NCBI GenBank assembly: GCA_964649245.1
Contig: CAZYOS010000001.1
Coordinates: 5,242 to 69,241, forward strand
Reading direction: 5' to 3'
Source of the DNA: an uncultured Clostridium sp.
GTDB lineage: Bacteria; Bacillota_I; Bacilli_A; RF39; UBA660
DNA length: 64,000 nt
Made by a program: the position numbers and the translations under genes. Under the pieces are notes generated by a model. The model was not told the DNA's origin, searched no databases, and saw only the letters and a program-made list of their open reading frames with translations. Shown here one piece after another: positions 30,102 to 39,430 of the stretch; the stretch's first letter is position 1, and each line of letters starts with the position of its first letter.

Positions 30102-31099
30102 AATATTAATAACGAAGCAATAAAAACATAATAATATTTTTTATATTTTTTATCAAAAATCACATAAGATAGTGGTACATTAACTATTAAAGCAGGAAGG
30201 AAGTAAGGAAGTAATCTGTGAAATAAAATATCATTAGTAGCATTAAAAGATACTATAACTAATAGTAGTAAATAATTAAAATAAACATTGTAATTATCTA
30301 TTTTACTATATTTTTTATAGAAAAACAAAATAATAATTAATATTACAAAACAAAAGAAAAAATTTGTATAATTAGATACTTGATTGAATTTGTCTATTGC
30401 TACTACATATCTATAATAATAACCGCTATCAATTAAAGTAAATATTTTAAAAACTATTTTTGAATTAAAAAACAATTTGATAAATAATGATAAAGAGACT
30501 GTAATAATAAGCTTTAATTTAAGACTAAATTTTACATTCAAAATAGGATAAATAAGAAATAATAATAATGCACTAATATGAAAACAACTTGCTATAATTA
30601 TGCAAATAATATATTTAAGCAACTTTTTTTTAATAATATATTTAAAAGAATAAAGAAAAATAGCGCAAGCTATCCATTGCCGTATTATATTATAACTTGG
30701 CATTAGCATTCCAAAAGTTATAAATACTAATATTCCAAAATCATAATCATCAACGTTTTCTCTAGCAAATATGTATGTAAAATAAGATATTATGAAAGAA
30801 GAAACTAGAAAAAAAGAAAAGTGACTTCTAAATAATGCTCTTAAAGTTATAATTAAAACATTATACCCTATATTAATAAAAGAAGTAATTGCCGTTGTAC
30901 TATAAAAAAGATTCTTGTATACTTCATAATCAGTACCAATAATTTTAGAATCAAAAAGCAACTCTCTAAAACCAGAAAATACTATTAATGAAAATAAAGA
31001 AAAAAACATTAAATATTTTTTGTCTTTACTATTATTACATCTTTTGGACAAAAATAATGGAATAAAAACAAATAATATTAGAATTATTTTTAAAATCAC
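30086..31099 (-). CDS. wzy: Wzy/EpsG-type oligosaccharide repeat-unit polymerase
   Basis: 337 aa, about 10 TM helices with one larger loop. Located between the GT genes of the operon. Confidence 0.5.
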   Translation of the reverse strand: MILKIILILFVFIPLFLSKRCNNSKDKKYLMFFSLFSLIVFSGFRELLFDSKIIGTDYEVYKNLFYSTTAITSFINIGYNVLIITLRALFRSHFSFFLVSSFIISYFTYIFARENVDDYDFGILVFITFGMLMPSYNIIRQWIACAIFLYSFKYIIKKKLLKYIICIIIASCFHISALLLFLIYPILNVKFSLKLKLIITVSLSLFIKLFFNSKIVFKIFTLIDSGYYYRYVVAIDKFNQVSNYTNFFFCFVILIIILFFYKKYSKIDNYNVYFNYLLLLVIVSFNATNDILFHRLLPYFLPALIVNVPLSYVIFDKKYKKYYYVFIASLLILCYLF

Positions 31100-31105
31100 A
31101 ACTTA

Positions 31106-32221
31106 TTAACACTCCCTTTCATATATTTTTTTATAATATTCTAAAGTAATATTTAAGTCATAAATAGCAGACTTTTTTATATTACTTTTTTTCATCAAAT
31201 TAACATTTACCTTTTTATTATAAATTTTATTTATAGAATCTATAAAGTTTACTGAATCATTTTGATTAACAATAAATCCATTTATACCATTTTCAACTAA
31301 ATCTCTATTTCCCCTACAATTAGTAGCTACTATTGGAAGTCCAGAAGCCATAGCTTCAATTATATTTACAGGAAGTCCCTCACTTTTGCTTGAAGATAAT
31401 GCTAAATCAGATATCTTTAATAGTTCTGGAATATCTGTCCTAAATCCAAGTAAATGAACATTAGATAAGTTAAGTTTGTTAATAAGTAAACCAATTTTAT
31501 TATCTAAATCGTCTCTTCCAGCTAATAACAAATGCATATTTGAGTTATTTGAAAGAGGATTTTTTAATGTATTAATAAGCCACTCTTGATTTTTCCTATT
31601 TGTCAATTCAGCAGTATATATCATAACAAAATCATCTTTATTAATTCCTAATGATTTTCTTATGCTAACTCTTTTTTCTTCACTCATAATAATATTGAAT
31701 CTACTAATGACTATTCCAACTCCTCCAGGAATATATTCTATTCTACTATGGAAATGTTTTTTTGCTCTATTATAATCTTCTTTATTTATCGTTATTATAG
31801 TATCAGTATATCTAGATAAAAATTTTTCAATATTATAAAAAATTATCCAGTAGAATAATGATGCACCTTTATAAAAATGAAAACCATGAGCAGTATAAAT
31901 AACTCTAGTTTTATTTACTTTTCTAGTCCTTATAGATGCTAAACGAGTAATGACTCCTCCAACTGGAGTATGACAATGAATAATGTCAAATTTTTCTTCA
32001 TTGATGATCTTTCTCAAGTTAATTAATGCTTTTATATTCCTTAATTTAAAGGGACTTCTTTCAAAAAAGATACAATGCTTTACATCACAATACGGAATGG
32101 TATCACTACCATTCGTTGCAACATGTACTTCATACCCTTTATCCTTAAAATATTTTAAATATGGAATATGAAAACATTTAATATGTGAGTCTACAGTGGC
32201 TGTAAATAATACTTTTTTCAT
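31106..32221 (-). CDS. family 4 (GT-B) glycosyltransferase
   Basis: C-terminal EX7E-type block SKSEGLPVNIIEAMASGLPIVATNCRGNRDLV. Confidence 0.8.
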   Translation of the reverse strand: MKKVLFTATVDSHIKCFHIPYLKYFKDKGYEVHVATNGSDTIPYCDVKHCIFFERSPFKLRNIKALINLRKIINEEKFDIIHCHTPVGGVITRLASIRTRKVNKTRVIYTAHGFHFYKGASLFYWIIFYNIEKFLSRYTDTIITINKEDYNRAKKHFHSRIEYIPGGVGIVISRFNIIMSEEKRVSIRKSLGINKDDFVMIYTAELTNRKNQEWLINTLKNPLSNNSNMHLLLAGRDDLDNKIGLLINKLNLSNVHLLGFRTDIPELLKISDLALSSSKSEGLPVNIIEAMASGLPIVATNCRGNRDLVENGINGFIVNQNDSVNFIDSINKIYNKKVNVNLMKKSNIKKSAIYDLNITLEYYKKIYEREC

Positions 32222-32838
32222 TACTTTTCCTTTTTATTACTTTTTTTTAACCATGCTATTTCTTCTTGAATAGATGATTTAGATGTTGATACGCCTTTAC
32301 CATCAAACAGTTGAACTAATGTCTTAAAAAATATTTTTATATCTAATCCAAAACTAAAATGTTCTACATAAAAAACATCATAGTTTATTCTATCACTTAG
32401 AGTCAATCTATTTCTTCCACTACATTGTGCCAGTCCCGTTATTCCAGGTAACACTTCACATCTTCTTTTTTGAGAAGCATTAAAATTATTATAATAATCA
32501 GTTATCCATGGCCTAGGTCCTATAAAGGACATATCGCCTTTTATAATATTTAAGACTTGAGGCAATTCATCAAATGATAATTTTCTTAAAATTAAACCTA
32601 TTTTAGTTTTTTTATCTTCACATGAAGTATCATATACATCATTGTCTAGCATCATACTTCTAAATTTATATAAAGTAAATATTTTACCATTTAATCCATT
32701 TCTCTCTTGTTTAAATATTATTGGCCCTTTTGATTCAATTTTGATAGATATAGCAATAATTAATAACAAAGGCCAAAAAATAATCAAAAAAAGAATTGAA
32801 ATTAATATATCAATTATACGTTTTATATATTTATACAT
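32221..32838 (-). CDS. undecaprenyl-phosphate sugar phosphotransferase (bacterial sugar transferase, WbaP/CpsE C-terminal domain type)
   Basis: Single N-terminal TM helix, then DELPQVLNIIKGDMSFIGPRP and RCEVLPGITGLAQ motifs. Confidence 0.85.
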   Translation of the reverse strand: MYKYIKRIIDILISILFLIIFWPLLLIIAISIKIESKGPIIFKQERNGLNGKIFTLYKFRSMMLDNDVYDTSCEDKKTKIGLILRKLSFDELPQVLNIIKGDMSFIGPRPWITDYYNNFNASQKRRCEVLPGITGLAQCSGRNRLTLSDRINYDVFYVEHFSFGLDIKIFFKTLVQLFDGKGVSTSKSSIQEEIAWLKKSNKKEK

Positions 32839-32985
32839 TGAAAATCACCTTAATTGTTAAAAAGCATAAATGAGACATAGCAAAACCTTTCAATTATAAC
32901 AATAAAATATCAAGACTGATACTTCTTACTTAATGTTATCATAAAAGAATATTTTAGTAAAGAAATTGTCATAAAATGTGTACAT

Positions 32986-33011
32986 TAAAAAGGACTATAT
33001 TATATAGTCCT
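32986..33011 (-). terminator. rho-independent terminator after the LCP gene
   Basis: AGGACTATATAATATAGTCCT palindrome followed by T5 on the minus strand. Confidence 0.6.
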
Positions 33012-33108
33012 ACTTTACATCACTTTTGCTTGCAGAAACACACGATGCAAAAACAAACAACATTAATAATATTATAATCATATCTTATTATATGATTATA
33101 GCGTTACA

Positions 33109-34578
33109 TTATTCTGTCACTAAGAAATTATTCAATTCAACTTTTACTTCTTCAACATCACTTTCATTTGGGATCATAACATAAAGTTCCTGATTTGGAT
33201 AACTATATGTTTTTTGCTTTGAATCAGAACCGGTTACATTGTGAGTAGATATTGTCCATGAAGGCATACTATTAATTTGCATCTTAGCAAGTGATGTTAT
33301 TTCATTAGTAGTAATATTAGTTTGAAATGTTCCCTCTAGTGCTTTTAATATATCAGTGTAAGAACTAATAAGGGTTTTAGAACTAGTTAATTTCTCTATT
33401 ATTTTAGATATAACTTGTTCCTGATTTTCACCTCTATGTCTATCTCCTGTAATATAGGCATGTCTTTCACGAGCAAAGGCCAAAGCACAATAGCCATCTA
33501 AATCATTGTATCCAGGTTTAATTCTGCAAGATGTGCCATTACATTTAAATGAATAATTAACATCAGAGTATACAGTTATTCCACCAATAGCATCAACTAG
33601 ATTAGTAAGTGCATTAAAGTTAACTCTTACATAATATTTAATATCAGTTTCATACAAATCATTTAATGTTGACATAGATAATTCATAACCACCTTGTAAA
33701 CCTGCATGAGTTAGTTTATCTTTAAGACCAGTTGTACCATGTAATTGAACAAAATAATCTCTAGGAGTATTTACCATTAATATTTGATGTGTTGTTGGAT
33801 TAACAGCCATAATAATGTTAACATCACTTAAGCTATTAGTAGGTAGTTTATCCGTTCTTGTATCTATTCCGCTAATATATATTAAGAATGGATCTTCAGT
33901 TACATCTATACCCGTTTCTTTATTAACAAGAGTAAAACTTATTTCAATTGTATCTAATTTCTTTGTTGTTTCTGAAAATTTAACAGTACTTTCTAATAGT
34001 GTATCATTTTCAACCATAGCATCATAATTACCTGAATTAACAAATAATATTTTTTCTTTATCAGTTTCAACTTCATACATTAATTCACTCATGTTAGTGA
34101 CATATTCTAATGAAACAGTCATTTTTTTTCTTATATTTCTTTCTAATGTATCTTTATCATTAATATCATTTAAAAGATAAACTTTTTTATCTTTTATATC
34201 ATCTAATGTATTATATTTTGAATCTTTATTAACAATTACATAATATATGTTTGTATCATATTTAGCTCCTAAATTTGCTTCTAAAAATGTCATAAGAGTA
34301 TTTATTTCAATAGAAGCAAATATACTTATACCTGATATTATTATAAAAAACAAATCAGTAACTACTAAAATACCTTTCTTTGTTCTTTTATTTTTAATAA
34401 ATATTAAATATATTATTATTAAAACAAAAAACAATACACCTATATAAACAAAATATTTCATTGGTAATACATTTGCATTAAATATTTGAAGTGTTAAATA
34501 TAATAATGAAATTATTGATACTGCCCATAGCATTTTACTTAATATGTGTTTCTTATTCTTATTCTTACTTTTTGACAT
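33109..34578 (-). CDS. LytR-CpsA-Psr (LCP) family cell-wall polymer phosphotransferase
   Basis: N-terminal TM helix. LCP domain blocks YISGIDTRTD..SDVNIIMAVNPTTHQILMVNTPRDYFV and GGYELSMSTLNDLY..DIKYYVRVNF. Confidence 0.8.
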   Translation of the reverse strand: MSKSKNKNKKHILSKMLWAVSIISLLYLTLQIFNANVLPMKYFVYIGVLFFVLIIIYLIFIKNKRTKKGILVVTDLFFIIISGISIFASIEINTLMTFLEANLGAKYDTNIYYVIVNKDSKYNTLDDIKDKKVYLLNDINDKDTLERNIRKKMTVSLEYVTNMSELMYEVETDKEKILFVNSGNYDAMVENDTLLESTVKFSETTKKLDTIEISFTLVNKETGIDVTEDPFLIYISGIDTRTDKLPTNSLSDVNIIMAVNPTTHQILMVNTPRDYFVQLHGTTGLKDKLTHAGLQGGYELSMSTLNDLYETDIKYYVRVNFNALTNLVDAIGGITVYSDVNYSFKCNGTSCRIKPGYNDLDGYCALAFARERHAYITGDRHRGENQEQVISKIIEKLTSSKTLISSYTDILKALEGTFQTNITTNEITSLAKMQINSMPSWTISTHNVTGSDSKQKTYSYPNQELYVMIPNESDVEEVKVELNNFLVTE

Positions 34579-34743
34579 ACTAATACCTCAAAAACATTCT
34601 AACATATTTTATTTATTTGTTAAAGTAGAAAGATAATAAAAATAACTTAGTATACAAAAAAATGCTTATTACAAAGCATTAATTTTTCTGATATAGTTTT
34701 AATAAATTATTAAAAAAAATCATATGATTTCTCATATAATCTT

Positions 34744-35529
34744 TTACATAGTATCCTTATGATCAGTTATTTTTTTAATAATATCTGTTCCATTACTTTT
34801 AGAAAATGCATTCATTATTTCAAGTGGTATACAGAATATTAAAGTATTTGATTGATCACTACTTACATCATTTATTGTTGATAATGTTCTTAGATGCATT
34901 GCACCTGGTGTTTCCGCCATAGTTTTAGCAGCAATTGATAAGTTCTTTGAAGCTTCAACTTCTCCTTCTGCTTTTGTAATAACAGCAATTTTTTCTCTTT
35001 CAGCTTCAGCTACTTTAGCTATAACTCTCTTCATATCTTCAGGAAGTGATACATCTTTTAATTCTACATTTTCAACTTTAACTCCCCAAGGATCTGTTGC
35101 TTCATCAATTATTTTACAAATTGATTCTGATAATTTTTCTCTTTCAGTTAATAATTCATCAAGAGATACTGATCCTACTACATTTCTCATTGTAGTTTGT
35201 GCTAATTGACTAACTGCATAAAAGAAATCTTCAACTTCTAATATAGCCTTAGATGCATCAAAGATTTTATAATATATAACTGCATTAATTTTAACAGATA
35301 CATTATCTTTTGTTATAGCTTCTTGTTCAGGAACATCAACAGCTTTAACTCTTACATCTATCTTTTTATAAGATTGAAATATAGGCCATACAATATTCCA
35401 TCCGGGTTCCATTATTTCAGTAAACTTACCTTTAGTAAATTTAATACCCCTTTCATATTGATTAATTTGAACTATGCTTTTTAATAATACTATTACAAAT
35501 ATTATTATTAGTGTAAATGTAAATCCCAT
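34744..35529 (-). CDS. SPFH/band-7 (stomatin-like) membrane protein
   Basis: N-terminal TM helix plus SPFH domain (IKFTKGKFTEIMEPGWNIVWPIFQSYKKIDVRVKAVDVPEQEAITKDNVSVKINAVIYYKI) and a C-terminal coiled-coil with an AEAEREK stretch. Confidence 0.75.
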   Translation of the reverse strand: MGFTFTLIIIFVIVLLKSIVQINQYERGIKFTKGKFTEIMEPGWNIVWPIFQSYKKIDVRVKAVDVPEQEAITKDNVSVKINAVIYYKIFDASKAILEVEDFFYAVSQLAQTTMRNVVGSVSLDELLTEREKLSESICKIIDEATDPWGVKVENVELKDVSLPEDMKRVIAKVAEAEREKIAVITKAEGEVEASKNLSIAAKTMAETPGAMHLRTLSTINDVSSDQSNTLIFCIPLEIMNAFSKSNGTDIIKKITDHKDTM

Positions 35530-35583
35530 AAACTAATACTCCTTTCATATTAATTATACTATATAAAAAAGAATAACTATATA

Positions 35584-35916
35584 TTATTCTTTATTTTCAC
35601 AATCTTTTTCTATAGTATATTCATCTACAAGAATTTTATTTATCATTTTAACGTCTTTAATGCAATATTTTTCTATATTATCATCTTTATCGATATATTT
35701 TTCTTCTATTAATTCTTTAATATATATTACTTGAGACTCATTAATATTAGGCACTAATTTTTTATCTTTTAAATATTCTCTTGCAGAAGTTTTAATATTT
35801 TTTTCTAATTTATATAAAGTATAATCACTACCAATATTACCTAGTATTATTAAACATGCACATATTATAGTAATAATGAATCCCCATATAATCATTATTT
35901 TACTATTCATTACCAA
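35584..35916 (-). CDS. small N-terminally anchored protein, unknown
   Basis: 110 aa, one TM helix, overlaps the upstream ORF by 7 nt. Confidence 0.3.
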   Translation of the reverse strand: MVMNSKIMIIWGFIITIICACLIILGNIGSDYTLYKLEKNIKTSAREYLKDKKLVPNINESQVIYIKELIEEKYIDKDDNIEKYCIKDVKMINKILVDEYTIEKDCENKE

Positions 35917-36326
35917 TCCTTACTAGATTCATATCCACTAGTCTTATATCTATTGCATTTTAAATATGGTTTATATATAAGCACTGAATTAGTATTAGTT
36001 ACTGTTACATATCCACTACATTCATTTCCAGTACTATCAACTAATTTTTCCATATAATTATTATAATATAATGTAAAGTATTTAATATTTATTTCATCTT
36101 TAATACTATCTCCACCATAATATTTATTTACATATTCTTTAGCACCTACTACTAATTTAAGTTCCATGTCAGAATAACTTCCACTACTTTGTACAGTGCT
36201 TATTGAATTTGGATTTACATCTAATAATCCCATCTGATTAAGTCCAATAGTAGATACTACTAAACACATTAAAAATAATAAAATAAATAATAATTCTTTT
36301 CTTAATCCCCAACCATGTTTATTCAT
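35910..36326 (-). CDS. small N-terminally anchored protein, unknown
   Basis: 138 aa, one TM helix, Cys-containing soluble part. Confidence 0.3.
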   Translation of the reverse strand: MNKHGWGLRKELLFILLFLMCLVVSTIGLNQMGLLDVNPNSISTVQSSGSYSDMELKLVVGAKEYVNKYYGGDSIKDEINIKYFTLYYNNYMEKLVDSTGNECSGYVTVTNTNSVLIYKPYLKCNRYKTSGYESSKDW

Positions 36327-36360
36327 ATAATCACCTTACTATTTTATTATAATATATTTC

Positions 36361-36657
36361 TTATAATAATTCATCTATTTTTTCTAATAACTCTTTATTA
36401 TTATATTCTTCTAGTATTTTTCTAATTCTTTTATGATTTTCATTTATTTTTAATTTTTCTTCATAATCATATAATTTATTACTTACAGTATTTAATACTT
36501 TACTTACATTAGCTTTAGATACATCATGGTTTAAAGCTATTTCTGAAAGTGAATAATCTTCATAATAATAGTATTCAAAATAAGCTCTTTCATTATTTGT
36601 TAATAGTCCACCATATATTAAATATAATAATACTAGTTTTTCTCTATTTTCCATCAA
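36361..36657 (-). CDS. ylxM: YlxM/UPF0122 helix-turn-helix protein (ffh-operon associated)
   Basis: 98 aa. LYLIYGGLLTNNERAYFEYYYYEDYSLSEIALNHDVSKANVSKVL matches the YlxM family. Lies directly after ftsY as in B. subtilis (ftsY-ylxM-ffh). Confidence 0.7.
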   Translation of the reverse strand: MMENREKLVLLYLIYGGLLTNNERAYFEYYYYEDYSLSEIALNHDVSKANVSKVLNTVSNKLYDYEEKLKINENHKRIRKILEEYNNKELLEKIDELL

Positions 36658-37643
36658 AACTCCTTAAATAGTCCATATATATATTTTTCTATATCAAATG
36701 TTATTAAATCGTCTTCTTTTTCGCCTAATCCTACATACTTAACTGGAATGTTTACTAATTCTTTAATAGCTAATACTATTCCTCCCTTAGCAGTTCCATC
36801 TAATTTAGTTAGTATTATACCTGTTATATTAGTTATATCTTTAAAACTTTTAGCTTGACTTATACCATTTTGTCCAGTAGTTGCGTCTATTACAAGTAAT
36901 GTTTCACAAGGGTTACCTGGTACTTCATTTTCAATTACTCTATTCATTTTTTCTAATTCACTCATCAAGTTAGCTTTATTTTGTAATCTTCCAGCAGTAT
37001 CTATTAATACTACATCTATTTTATCTTCTCTTGCTTTTTTAAGTCCATCATATATAACCGCAGAAGGATCTGTTCTATTATCTCCATAAAACTCTGCTCT
37101 TACTCTTTTACTCCATTCTTCCAATTGATTAACTGCTCCAGCTCTAAAAGTATCTCCTGCTATAAACATAACCTTTTTACCTGATTTAATGAGTCTTTTA
37201 CCTATTTTAGCGATACTTGTAGTTTTACCTACTCCATTAACACCTATAAATAGTATTACATTTAATTCATTATCTTTTATATTTAATTTAGTAGTTAATA
37301 TCTCATCATTAACATATATCATAAATAATTCGTCAACTATTACTTCTTTTAAATATTCAAAATCACTTATGTTTTCTTGTTTAACTCTTTTTTTTAATCT
37401 ATCAACAAAATCAATAACAGTATTTACTCCAATATCAGCACTTATAAGTATTTCTTCTAATTCATCATAAAATGAATCATTAATTTTAGTATACTTTATA
37501 CCTAATAATGATAATTTACTTACAAATTCTTCTCTTGTTTTAGAAAGACCTTCTTCATATTTATCTGTTTCTTCTATTACAGACTCTTTTTTTTCCTTTT
37601 TAAATAATTCTTTTACTTTACTAAATAGTCCCATTTTCATCAC
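36654..37643 (-). CDS. ftsY: signal recognition particle receptor FtsY
   Basis: 329 aa. NG domain with GVNGVGKTTSIAKIG (G1), DTAGR (G3), TKLDGTAKGG (G4). Confidence 0.9.
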   Translation of the reverse strand: MMKMGLFSKVKELFKKEKKESVIEETDKYEEGLSKTREEFVSKLSLLGIKYTKINDSFYDELEEILISADIGVNTVIDFVDRLKKRVKQENISDFEYLKEVIVDELFMIYVNDEILTTKLNIKDNELNVILFIGVNGVGKTTSIAKIGKRLIKSGKKVMFIAGDTFRAGAVNQLEEWSKRVRAEFYGDNRTDPSAVIYDGLKKAREDKIDVVLIDTAGRLQNKANLMSELEKMNRVIENEVPGNPCETLLVIDATTGQNGISQAKSFKDITNITGIILTKLDGTAKGGIVLAIKELVNIPVKYVGLGEKEDDLITFDIEKYIYGLFKEF

Positions 37644-37744
37644 CTAAATGTATTATACTAAATAATATGTTTAAATTCTAGACAAACAATAAAAAATGTG
37701 CTATAATTTTAATACAAATTTAACATTTCGAAGGGATGAATAAT

Positions 37745-39430
37745 ATGAAAAGTGATAACAAAGAAACTTTAGTTTGTGCTTTAGGTGGCTTAGGCGAAGT
37801 TGGAAAAAATATGTATGTAATAATGCATGAAGATGAATTATTTGTAATAGATTGTGGAGTAATGTTTCCTGAAGATAGTTTATTAGGTATAGACTATGTA
37901 TTAGCGGATTATTCTCATTTAAAAGCATTAGAAGGTAAGATTAAAGGATTAATAATAACTCATGGTCATGAAGATCATATAGGAGGTATTCCTTTCTTAT
38001 TACAAAGTATAAATATTCCAGTTATATATACACCTAATATAGCAGAAAAACTAATAAGGAATAAACTTGAAGAAAGAAATATTCCTATGCCAAAAGTAAT
38101 AACTGTTAATGAAGATTTACATATTCAAACTAAACATTTTAATATTGAATTCTTTACAACAACACACTCAATACCTGATTCATTTGGTATGGCTATTAAA
38201 ACTGTTAATGGCACTATAGTTGAAACAGGCGATTTTAAAATGGATTTAACTCCAATTGGTCCAGTTGCTAATTTAGGCAAAATGGCCGCTATTGGTAATG
38301 AAGGAGTAACTTTATTATTAAGTGACTCAACTAATGCTTTAGTACCAGGATTTTCAAATAGTGAATCAGTTGTTGATGAAGCTTTAGGTGAAATATTTGC
38401 TTCTTCTACTAAATCAAGAATAATTTTAGCTACATTTGCTAGTAATATATATAGATTAACTCATATAGTAGAAACTTGTAAGGAAAATAATAGAAAAATA
38501 GTTGTTTTTGGAAGAAGTATGGTTAATAATATTGAAATAGCTAAACAATGTGGTTATATCAAAAACACTGATTTATTTATTTCAAGTGAAGAAGCTAATA
38601 AAATGGATCCAAGTAAAGTATGTTTATTATGTACTGGTTCTCAGGGTGAACCACTTGCTGCATTATCAAGAATAGCTAATGGTGCTGATAAAAATATTAC
38701 TTTAATGAGTGATGATGTTGTAATTTTTTCTTCTTCTCCTATTCCTGGAAATGCTCTTTCAATAAATAGAATAATTAATAAACTATATTTAAAGGGTGCT
38801 AAAGTATATACTAATACAAGTGAATATGATGTTCACACTTCAGGACACGCTAAACAAGAAGAATTAAAACTATTAATAAGACTAATAAGGCCAAAATATT
38901 TTATGCCAATGCATGGTGAATATAGAATGCTTAAAAGTCATGCTGAATTAGGAATATTATGTGATATTCCAGAAGAAAATACATTTATATTGAAAAATGG
39001 CGATGTACTAGCATTAAAAGATGGTAAAGTATATAAGAAAACATCTATTAATATTAATGATATTTATGTTGATGGAAACAGAGTTGGTGATGTTGGTACT
39101 TCATTAATAAAAGATAGAAAAATTATGTCTACTGATGGTGTATTGATTGTAATATTAAATCTAGATGTTAAAAACAAAAAAATGTTAATTGAACCAAATA
39201 TTACAACAAGAGGATTTGTTATAGTAAATGACAATCAAGATTTAATAAAGAAAATACAAGATAAAACAAGTATTATTACATTAAATGAATTAGAAAAAGA
39301 TAGTTTCAATGTAACAGATCTTAAAAATAGAATTATTTTAGATATTAATACTTATATTATTGAATTAACTGGTAGAAGACCTATTATTATTCCAATGACA
39401 TTAGATAACAAAAAAGATATTAATTACTAA
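37745..39430 (+). CDS. rnj: ribonuclease J (metallo-beta-lactamase/beta-CASP RNase)
   Basis: HGHEDHIGG motif, beta-CASP region and C-terminal domain. The ORF track starts at 37736 (MNNMKSD), but the ATG at 37745 gives MKSDNKETLVCALGGLGEVGKNMY, matching the canonical RNase J N-terminus, and has better RBS spacing. Confidence 0.85.
   Translation: MKSDNKETLVCALGGLGEVGKNMYVIMHEDELFVIDCGVMFPEDSLLGIDYVLADYSHLKALEGKIKGLIITHGHEDHIGGIPFLLQSINIPVIYTPNIAEKLIRNKLEERNIPMPKVITVNEDLHIQTKHFNIEFFTTTHSIPDSFGMAIKTVNGTIVETGDFKMDLTPIGPVANLGKMAAIGNEGVTLLLSDSTNALVPGFSNSESVVDEALGEIFASSTKSRIILATFASNIYRLTHIVETCKENNRKIVVFGRSMVNNIEIAKQCGYIKNTDLFISSEEANKMDPSKVCLLCTGSQGEPLAALSRIANGADKNITLMSDDVVIFSSSPIPGNALSINRIINKLYLKGAKVYTNTSEYDVHTSGHAKQEELKLLIRLIRPKYFMPMHGEYRMLKSHAELGILCDIPEENTFILKNGDVLALKDGKVYKKTSININDIYVDGNRVGDVGTSLIKDRKIMSTDGVLIVILNLDVKNKKMLIEPNITTRGFVIVNDNQDLIKKIQDKTSIITLNELEKDSFNVTDLKNRIILDINTYIIELTGRRPIIIPMTLDNKKDINY

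Noticed and set aside
35910-36326. Possible type IV pilin/ComGC-like pseudopilin (N-terminal G followed by a hydrophobic helix).
   Set aside because: Prepilin cleavage motif is not canonical (Glu at +4 not +5, no G-F-T-L-I/V-E), and there are no pilus assembly genes nearby.
37701-37928. 75-aa minus-strand ORF overlapping the RNase J start.
   Set aside because: Antisense to the highly conserved RNase J N-terminus and of low complexity. Almost certainly spurious.
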